DNA of 63,645 nt, counting the filler, from Trichomonas gallinae (lineage: Eukaryota): assembly GCA_008369845.1 (NCBI GenBank). It is 4 parts of 4 records of this genome, joined end to end, with 100 filler letters (N's around TTAATTAATTAA, not from the genome) between each part and the next. Parts side by side here need not be neighbours in the genome. Positions count along the whole stretch, not along the records: positions 48,840 to 61,791 come from MRSU01000694.1; positions 61,892 to 63,645 come from MRSU01000710.1; 2 more parts are not named here. One strand, written 5' to 3'. The translations under genes were made by a program, and so were the position numbers. This document shows positions 56,066 through 63,645 of the stretch, piece by piece. How positions within the stretch are numbered: the stretch's first letter is position 1; every line of letters begins with the position of its first letter. The notes below the pieces were generated by a model. That model ran no database searches. It had not been told where the DNA came from and was given only the letters and a program-made list of their open reading frames with translations.

Positions 56066-56488
56066 TTAAGCGAAGCCAATTTCTGTGGCAATGTTCATAG
56101 CCTCAACATCAGCTGGAAGGCGGATGTAAGCCTTCTTGACGAACTTGGATGTGATAACTGTGCAGACCTTGACTGGCTTAACCTTGTAAAGGCGGTTGAA
56201 GGCAGCAGCGATTTCTGTCTTTGTAGCCTTGATATCAACCCAGAATGTCATTGTATTCTCGCTTTCGATCTTAACTGTGGACTTGTCTGATGTGACTGGA
56301 CCACGGATGATCTTGTAGTCATTGCGCTTGAGGGAAACTGGTTGGACGGCCTTATGTTCATAAGCTGGGCGTCTTGGAAGGACCTGAGCGGCTTTCTTGC
56401 CGAACTTTGTGAAGTTACGTGTCTTTGTGACTTCCTTCTTCTGGCCCTGAGCGAGAGTCTTAGCAGCAGCTTGAGCTTTGCCGGACAT
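56066..56488 (-). CDS. RPL23A: 60S ribosomal protein L23a (uL23)
   Basis: DYKIIRGPVTSDKS..KIESENTMTFWVD.KATKTEI...KKAYIRL; true start MSGKAQ at 56488. Confidence 0.95.
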   Translation of the reverse strand: MSGKAQAAAKTLAQGQKKEVTKTRNFTKFGKKAAQVLPRRPAYEHKAVQPVSLKRNDYKIIRGPVTSDKSTVKIESENTMTFWVDIKATKTEIAAAFNRLYKVKPVKVCTVITSKFVKKAYIRLPADVEAMNIATEIGFA

Positions 56489-56498
56489 TTGTTGGGAA

Positions 56499-56518
56499 AA
56501 AGGGTGGACCAAAACCGC
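56499..56518 (-). promoter_or_regulatory. M3 (GCGGTT) plus M5 (CCTTT) core promoter of the ribosomal protein gene
   Basis: The minus strand reads GCGGTTTTGGTCCACCCTTTTT just upstream of the ATG, matching the M3/M5 arrangement described for T. vaginalis ribosomal protein genes. Confidence 0.75.
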
Positions 56519-57049
56519 AAATCCACGGCGGTTTTGTAAACTCGAATTGCATTTTTAATATATGATCACTATATAGAATATGAATATTTAGTTATTTTTC
56601 TTTTTGATGTTATTCATCAGCAATCTTCTTGTTTTTCAGCTTTTTCTATATTGTTATCATCATATATACAAATAATTTAATCTATATTTTAATTTCCTTG
56701 TTCCAATTCAAAATGATAAATTATTCGATCTTATCCTTCTTCGAATCAATCATTAATACATTATTTAAATGATCCATTTTTAGAAAATAACTTTAATATT
56801 AATAGTAAACTATTTGAATTATTGGATTATTATTAGAATACAAACATTATAATCTTCAAAAATTACTATGAGAAAAAAATTCAAAATTCTCAATAATAGA
56901 CTGATGAAAATAGATTTTAAATTAATATATTATAATATTCATATTGTGATGAATAATATTTATTATATTGATCTTTAATTAAGCTTATTTTTAGATAGAA
57001 AAAAATGAAAAAACAACATGATGATTATGAAAATCAAAAAAAAAAAGAT

Positions 57050-57715
57050 TTATTTAGTTACTAAATTACGGCCTAATTGAAAAGCTTTCTTGAGAGCTTC
57101 TTCTTGGTGCTCAGCAATCCACTTTTTCTTGAAGTCTATTTGCTCATTAGGAATATAATACTTTGATGTATCTTTTGCAAGAAGCTGAGATGCATTAACA
57201 AGGACTTCACACTTTCCTTTGAGAATTCTTTCAAGGTATTCTTTATTGTGTTCGAATTCACCCAAATATCTTTCATCAAAGTATGTTTTTGGAGCACCAC
57301 CTGTGAGAACAAGTGCTGAATTCATCTTTTTCGGTATTTTACTCCAGTTGTTCCTATCATAATTGAAGTTGCAATACATCATCCTTTCGAAAAACGCATA
57401 GAAATTGGCAGAGAAGTTACCAAAGTATATTGGTGTGCCAATAGCGATCGCATCAGCTGTATGCAACTGATCAATATATTTTGTTAATTCATCACGAATA
57501 ACGCATGATGCTGGTGCGTTAGGTTTCTTGCATTGTAAACAAGCTTGGCAAGATTTGAATTTGAGCTTATTTAAGTGAACGATTTCTGCTGTTTTCCCTA
57601 CAGATTCAACGCCTCTCTTAACCTCTTTAAGTAATGTCATTGTATTGTTTGCCATTCTAGGACTGCAGTTGAATATGAGTACATTGGATGCATACTTGCT
57701 TGCGGATGCCAACAT
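57050..57715 (-). CDS. Iron-sulfur flavoprotein (Isf/flavodoxin-fold), probably hydrogenosomal
   Basis: SPR..NT, CxxCxxCx7C (CQACLQCKKPNAPASC), GTPIYFG, FFERM; short MLASASKY leader, ATG at 57715. Confidence 0.88.
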   Translation of the reverse strand: MLASASKYASNVLIFNCSPRMANNTMTLLKEVKRGVESVGKTAEIVHLNKLKFKSCQACLQCKKPNAPASCVIRDELTKYIDQLHTADAIAIGTPIYFGNFSANFYAFFERMMYCNFNYDRNNWSKIPKKMNSALVLTGGAPKTYFDERYLGEFEHNKEYLERILKGKCEVLVNASQLLAKDTSKYYIPNEQIDFKKKWIAEHQEEALKKAFQLGRNLVTK

Positions 57716-58226
57716 TTTTTTGAAATTTGATTTTGATCTCACTTCACATTAATTCCTTCACCTTCGACATTGCCAAAATTGACTGTTACAAATGGAATGC
57801 ACAATTTCCTGCAACCGAGTACATCCATTGCTCAGAAATATGAAATTGAAAATTCCGATTCGATCGCAATTCAAAATCCGATTAACCAGTAACCATATAT
57901 ACAGTAGTATATTTTAAAGATCATATTAAAAATCTCAAATAAGCAATTTTGATTCAAAAGATATTAAACCTCGAAATTGATTCTTTATCTTCAAGAATTG
58001 ATGTGAAATCATTCATTTATTTCTTTTTGCAAAGTTATTTATATGATTATTTAAAACAAAATCAAAAAATTTGAAAATATTGTAAATAGATCGGAAAGAC
58101 TTAATAAATGTATGAAATAGGTGATATACATTGTTAAATTGAGCTTAAATTATCTCCTAATAGGTTGTATTATATTGTAAAAATTTATCATAAATTTTAT
58201 AACAAAATATATATATAATATTATGC

Positions 58227-58889
58227 TCATGCAATATAGCATCCAGCTTGAGCTTCGTCTGGTCTGAGTGTTTGGCTCTCTTCGTCACCTCCGAGATCAA
58301 GTTCTTCGAATTCGTTAACAAAGAATGCATCACCACCACGAGGTAATTGATTAAGTGATGACATGTATTTAGACTGAAGTATTTGTGCAAGATAATTAAA
58401 CAACGATTTCAAATTTAGATTTTCTTTGACACTGATTCTAAACAATGGTGAATCAAACTGTTTGGCCATTCTGTTTGCTTCTTCTGAAGCTACAACGAAT
58501 TTGTCAGTAAGATCAACTTTATTTTCGACTATAACGATTTGTATTGGTCCTGTGACTTTTTTAACTGATTCAACCCACTGTGGTATAGCATCAAATGACG
58601 CTCTATCAGCACAAGAGTAGAAAATAACGCAGATATTTGCATTTACATATGCATCTTCAGCCAATAAATGCAAACATTCACGTCCTGGAGTGTCCCAGAT
58701 CATGATATCGATGCTTTCTGATGTTTCTTTGAGATCAAACGATCTTTCGTGAAATTGTGAAACTAAACTTTTGATGTGAGTGTCTGGGAACTTTCCGTAG
58801 CAGAAGCGTTGAATGGCTGATGTCTTTCCAACACCACTGTTACCGACGAGAACAACTTTGAAGCCTGATCCAAACTCAGTGTTGTCCAT
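58227..58889 (-). CDS. Divergent Rab23-like GTPase
   Basis: GNSGVGKTSAIQRFCYG, WDTPGRE, ENKVDL, RISVKENLN, C-terminal CYIA (CaaX). Confidence 0.8.
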   Translation of the reverse strand: MDNTEFGSGFKVVLVGNSGVGKTSAIQRFCYGKFPDTHIKSLVSQFHERSFDLKETSESIDIMIWDTPGRECLHLLAEDAYVNANICVIFYSCADRASFDAIPQWVESVKKVTGPIQIVIVENKVDLTDKFVVASEEANRMAKQFDSPLFRISVKENLNLKSLFNYLAQILQSKYMSSLNQLPRGGDAFFVNEFEELDLGGDEESQTLRPDEAQAGCYIA

Positions 58890-59425
58890 CAATCAAAAAA
58901 ATAACTTTACATCTAGCATATTTAATAACAGGTTTAGGATTTTTACAAGCTATATATGCTGTGGCTTTATTATTTTTGAAAAATAAAAATTTGACATTTT
59001 GCTTACATTTTGACATGTAAAATATTCACTATATAGTGATTCTCCATTCCTAGACAACAACGAGAGACTTCAGTCATTAGTCAGATGGTTCAGTGTGAAG
59101 AATAAGATATTAGCCTAAATTGCATTTAAAAAGTCGAGTCAAAGAAAATAATTGATATCTCTCATAGAATAATTCAATGAGAATATTTATATGGAAAATT
59201 GTCACTTTTCATGCAAGTATTTAACGTGTACTGAATACAATGAAAAAAAAAATGAATATTTATTATTAGGGTAATGCAGATTGATCAGTTAAGGAGTTGC
59301 CCTATTTATGCACGCTCATGAAAAGTAAAACATTTCATTCGTTAATAAGAAGTGATGCGTTTTGTGTTAGTATGTATTAAATTTATTCTTTAAAGCAATA
59401 GAAAAAAAAATATCAAATAATAAAA

Positions 59426-61081
59426 TTACTTCTCGCTCTTCTTTGGAAGCTTATCAACGAGACCAACAATTGTTGTAAAGCCTTCCTTACGGATGATGAA
59501 GCGGCCGAGCTGTGGGAAGTCCTTAGCGACTTCGACACAAATTGGGTGATCGAACTTCAGGATAACCTCAGCAAGACCGCCTCTCTTGATGAAACGTGGG
59601 TTCTTCTCTGGCTCCTTTCTGCCTGGGATTGTGAGTGTTCTAAGCTTCTCAACGGAAACTGGAACTGTCTCAGTGTGGATGTGGCACATGGCTTCGTAGC
59701 CAGCTGTGATGAGTTCTGGGCCAGATGGGACGATTCTGATCTTGGCGATGACCTTGTTTGCGACATCGCAGAAGTTGTTGATTGGGCAGATAACAGAACC
59801 GGAGTTGATGTCGGCCATATCGATGCCAGAGAGTGCAACACGGATGTTATCACCTGGAACGGCGCGTCTGATCTTGTTTTCGTCGACGAAGATTGAGGCG
59901 ATTTTGCCTTGCTTTCTTGATGGCATGACGATGATATCGTCGCCCTCCTTGATGACGCCCTTCTCGAGCTTGCCGGAGGCGATGACGTGCTTTGTCTTAT
60001 AGCGGTCGATAACTGGGAGTCTGAAAGCATCCTTTTCGTTACGGACTGGTGGCTGAAGGCTGTCGAGCTTTTCGAAGAGTGTTGGGCCTGTGTACCATGG
60101 GCACTCGTTGGAGCGCTGCTTAAGGTTGTAGCCTGTGAGGGCAGCGATTGGGATGTATGTGAACTGTTCCTTCTTGAAACCGATTTCCTTCTCGATGAAT
60201 GGTGTGAACTTTGTGACGATCTGGTCGAATCTGTCCTTAGACCAGTTGACTGTTGTATCATCCATCTTGTTGACGACGATGATGACTTCGCGGACACCAG
60301 CTGTTCTGGCAATGAGAAGGTGCTCAGATGTCTGGCCACCGTTTTCGAAACCAGCCTCGAATTCACCATTACGAGCGGAGATAACGAGAACAGCAACATC
60401 AGCCTGGACGGCACCACCGATCATCTGTGGGACATAGGATCTGTGGCCAGGAGCATCGAGGATTGTGTACTTGTTCTTTTCTGTTTCGAAATGAGCAACG
60501 CCGACTTCTTCTGTCTTACCCTTTGCACGCTCTTCCTTGGAAAGGTCCATAACCCATGAGAAGTACCATGAGCCACGGCCTTCCTTGGCGGACTCAGCCT
60601 GATACTGTTCGATTGTTCTCTGATCGACACAGCCAGCTTGATAAAGAACGTGGCCGCAAAGTGTAGACTTACCAGCATCGACATGACCGATGAAAACGAT
60701 GTTGAAGTGTTTCTTTGCTGTTTCTTCGAGAATTTCACCTTCAAACTTCTCTTCTTCTTCCTCTTCTTCTTCATAGACTGGCTCTGGCTTTGGAGCTGGT
60801 TTAGGAGCTGGCTTCGGCTCTGGTTTTGGAGCTGGTTTTGGTTCCTCTACCTTTGGCTCTGGCTTCGGCTCCGGCTTTGGCTCTGGCTTCGGCTCTGGTT
60901 TTGGTTCTGGCTTAGGCTCTGGTTTTGGTTCCTGTTTTGGAGCTTCAGCTGGCTTATTCGTTTGAATAGAAATTGGTTTTGCTTCTGTTTTCGGCTTGAT
61001 CTCGATCTTAGTTCCGTTACCAAGAGAGAGAGTGAAGCCTCCTGATGTCTTTGGCTTCTCGATCTTAAGCGGTGTCGACAT
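59426..61081 (-). CDS. SUP35: Eukaryotic release factor 3 (eRF3/Sup35)
   Basis: NIVFIGHVDAGKST, SWYFSWVMD, KGKTEEVG.AHFET, LDAPGH, NKMDD, FPQLGRF; N-terminal EPKP repeats. Confidence 0.95.
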   Translation of the reverse strand: MSTPLKIEKPKTSGGFTLSLGNGTKIEIKPKTEAKPISIQTNKPAEAPKQEPKPEPKPEPKPEPKPEPKPEPKPEPKVEEPKPAPKPEPKPAPKPAPKPEPVYEEEEEEEEKFEGEILEETAKKHFNIVFIGHVDAGKSTLCGHVLYQAGCVDQRTIEQYQAESAKEGRGSWYFSWVMDLSKEERAKGKTEEVGVAHFETEKNKYTILDAPGHRSYVPQMIGGAVQADVAVLVISARNGEFEAGFENGGQTSEHLLIARTAGVREVIIVVNKMDDTTVNWSKDRFDQIVTKFTPFIEKEIGFKKEQFTYIPIAALTGYNLKQRSNECPWYTGPTLFEKLDSLQPPVRNEKDAFRLPVIDRYKTKHVIASGKLEKGVIKEGDDIIVMPSRKQGKIASIFVDENKIRRAVPGDNIRVALSGIDMADINSGSVICPINNFCDVANKVIAKIRIVPSGPELITAGYEAMCHIHTETVPVSVEKLRTLTIPGRKEPEKNPRFIKRGGLAEVILKFDHPICVEVAKDFPQLGRFIIRKEGFTTIVGLVDKLPKKSEK

Positions 61082-61519
61082 TTCTTATATTAAAATTAAT
61101 GTGTGACCATTTCAAACCGATTTTTTTCCCTCAAATGAAAATTTGTTGATGAAAGTACACTTTATTTTTAGTCGTTTTTTAGCATCCTTATAGCCTAATG
61201 TTTCGATTTTTATCAATGAAATTTCAAAATATTGATTACGTATTGAGATACAGCGATTTTCATCGAAATTTTTTGTTTATACATGTAAAAAATTATAAAC
61301 TTCTTATTTGTTCTATTATATCCATTTAGCCTATTAGTTCGATTTACATCAATGAAATTGTAGTTTCTTGATTGTGCATTGAAATATGATGATTTTCATC
61401 GAACTTTTTGTTTACGTGTCAAAAATTGATTTCATTAAAAGGTTGAGTCTTTGATATTTTTCTATTCTGATTAATTAAATATTATATAATAACCATACTT
61501 TTATGAATAATTATAATTT

Positions 61520-61577
61520 TATGGTTTTAGCTACATAATTATCTTCTCTGTGTGTATATTATGTAGCTAAAACCATA
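61520..61577. repeat. Perfect 20-bp inverted repeat
   Basis: TATGGTTTTAGCTACATAAT (61520-61539) / ATTATGTAGCTAAAACCATA (61558-61577), 18-nt loop. Confidence 0.93.
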
Positions 61578-61791
61578 TAAGCAGAATGGTCAGGTTTATC
61601 ATCAAATTTTTCTCCTTTAAGGGACAGTTCTAACCGTTTTTTGTAAACTTTACAACGGAAAAAATTTTGCATTTTTGTACCTATTTTGATCAAGATTTTG
61701 CAAAAAATTTCAAAAAAAATAACATCGCGTTAAATAATTCTATTGTGTCCATAGACACTGTGCGTTGAATGTTAGGTTCAGATTCCTTGCT

Positions 61792-61891
61792 NNNNNNNNN
61801 NNNNNNNNNNNNNNNNNNNNNNNNNNNNNNNNNNNTTAATTAATTAANNNNNNNNNNNNNNNNNNNNNNNNNNNNNNNNNNNNNNNNNNNN
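61792..61891. other. Artificial contig linker
   Basis: N44-TTAATTAATTAA-N44. Confidence 0.98.
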
Positions 61892-62814
61892 CATAGAATA
61901 AAGAATTTTGCTGAATTGCCTTTTGAAGTTGTCCAAACTTGAATGCATGCTGATAACTCGAGATACGCATTCTTATTGTTTCTGGGCACACTTCTTTTTA
62001 TAAAATCATGAGTATCCATGAGAATTGGAATCTTATTTCATGAAATATACGAAAAATATGTCATCCTTCTATTGGAATATTTATATTTTTGTGAGACTGT
62101 CTGAGAATCTATGGAAGCATCATACAATTTTTGTGATATATTGAAGTGATTCGTATTTCTGACATGTAATATTTTACATGTCATGAAGAGTCCCAAGCAG
62201 TGAAAGAGATAAAAAACCTGATCCAAATCACTGATTCAAAAGTTTTTGCGAATCGAGAGTATGTTATATTATGTCTGATGTATATCATTTTCATCGCCAC
62301 CAATTTTGATAAAAGTCAATGTTTGAAGAAGTTGAAGTGCGATTATATTGATACTCGTGTGTTTAAGAAATGAGAGTGAAATATAATGTTTTATTCACTT
62401 ATTAACATTATGAAATGAGCAACAGTATTAACATTGTGAAATGAGGATATTATTTCTCAAGTTAAAATATACCTCCACTAATAGGTATTAAGATTTGTAA
62501 ACATAATATATTTGCAGGTTATATTTGAATTATGGTATCGTTTGAGAGTTATTGAGAGAGATGAAATTTGATGAAAAAAATAAGAATTGATAAAGTCAAT
62601 GGGAATGATTGATAATAAATGAATATAAGTACGATAATCAAAATGTTAAACAAAAGAATGACTATTTCGGTAGAAGAAAAGAATGTGAGGAAGATAAGGA
62701 GAAAGAAGAGGGATTTGAAAGAAATGTTATATACATAAACAATTTACAGAACAGACAGGAACACAAAGATGTGCATTAGATGAGAGAACGATCATCAACA
62801 AAAAAGAATTTCTC

Positions 62815-63438
62815 TCAAACATATGGAATAGTGAACTCTTCTTGTGGGCAGTCTGGAGACGAGAATGTGCAGAAGTACTCGTCGTCGAGTGGATACTCAA
62901 CTGTCTTGATCTCCGAGACAACGGGAGAGATCGCGCTGCTTGGTTGGCGGCTGACGAGGTTGTGGTTGTTCAAGAACTTGAAACGGTTCTTGATGTTTGT
63001 TGTCGACCTGCCGTTCATCTGCTTAGCGATTTTGGACCACTTGTTGCCAAATTGAGACCAAAGGCGAAGCAACTCTGCATCTTCCTCGGCACTCCAGCTG
63101 CTGCGGGTGAAAGATGGGTCGTGGTGGACGATCCAGCGCTCGCGGCACTGCTTGCCGCTGCGGCTGTGCACAAACTCGGAGATCTTGCCCCAATTGCGAG
63201 CACCATAAAGAGAAACAGCCTCACGGAGCTTATCATCCTCTTCCGATGTCCAGCGGGCCTTGCGGATTGAGGATTGGCTTGGCTGTTTGGGGCTCTTGAC
63301 TTCGACTGGACTTTGAGATTCAGAGTTGATGACAACTGGTGGTAGTGTGCACACCTTGAAATCATCGTTGACCATCATGTTTGATGCCTCGATGAGGTCA
63401 TCGCAGGCTGGGAAGCAGAATACGTGCTCAGTGAACAT
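62815..63438 (-). CDS. R2R3 Myb transcription factor
   Basis: RWTSEEDDKLREAV..YG..NW..I...RSGKQCRERW; WSAEED..L....QFGNKWSKIA.....RSTTNIKNRF. Confidence 0.94.
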   Translation of the reverse strand: MFTEHVFCFPACDDLIEASNMMVNDDFKVCTLPPVVINSESQSPVEVKSPKQPSQSSIRKARWTSEEDDKLREAVSLYGARNWGKISEFVHSRSGKQCRERWIVHHDPSFTRSSWSAEEDAELLRLWSQFGNKWSKIAKQMNGRSTTNIKNRFKFLNNHNLVSRQPSSAISPVVSEIKTVEYPLDDEYFCTFSSPDCPQEEFTIPYV

Positions 63439-63645
63439 CAGATGTTTTTTTGAAAACTGGCAGCGGGGAAATCATGATGACATGTTATACAGAAATTTGT
63501 TGCCACAGAATTTTTTTAGATTATAAAGATGACACATGATATAAGTAGTTCACAAATGCGCAAAATCTAAACCCGTCACTTTTATAATTTTACTGAGAAA
63601 AATTGAATGGCAATCACACATCTCTTGTGACATGCTGCTCTCAAA

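Noticed and set aside
59546..61045. Long antisense and alternate-frame ORFs over eRF3, the EF-hand gene, the histidine kinase and Myb
   Set aside because: By-products of codon bias in the real genes; no protein-like motifs.
3550..61081. UPF1 and eRF3 as a linked termination/NMD cluster
   Set aside because: They lie on different contigs joined artificially.
61892..62226. Minus-strand frame with an in-frame TGA-AAT like the one at 38713
   Set aside because: The upstream part looks non-coding and the downstream part is cut by the contig edge; too little evidence.
1..63645. Spliceosomal introns
   Set aside because: No trichomonad ACTAACACACAG 3' motif was seen by eye on either strand. Short atypical introns cannot be fully excluded.

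Overview
AT-rich, gene-dense, apparently intronless eukaryotic DNA from a trichomonad (Trichomonas-like parabasalid). The evidence is BspA-like LRR genes, hydrogenosome-type presequences, M2/M3/M5 promoter motifs and TAA-A stop/polyadenylation signals. The window is four contigs (1-17021, 17122-48739, 48840-61791, 61892-63645) joined by artificial N44-TTAATTAATTAA-N44 linkers, so genes on different contigs are not linked. It holds about 30 protein genes: UPF1-like, FEN1, ArfGAP, Nup58-like, Rab11, CK1, Tim44-like, TRIC-like, SS18/SSXT, an AEC transporter, an EF-hand protein, a hybrid histidine kinase, UBX, BspA, G-patch, uL23, an iron-sulfur flavoprotein, Rab23-like, eRF3 and R2R3-Myb, among others. 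It also holds three tRNA genes and several disrupted genes. The most notable observations are: (1) a 408-bp hAT-like MITE whose TIRs carry the promoter motif AAAAGTGAC and a recurrent upstream motif TGACATGTAAA; (2) that motif itself, found 16-35 bp upstream of four start codons on the coding strand; (3) a G34 tRNA-Val(GAC) alongside an A34 tRNA-Pro(AGG); (4) a 1740-codon surface-protein frame interrupted by one in-frame TGA; (5) a shared Cys/basic/hydrophobic C-terminal tail on unrelated surface proteins; and (6) strong hairpins near contig ends, one with a GCGAAGC-repeat loop. All protein calls are by eye from motifs; no searches were run.
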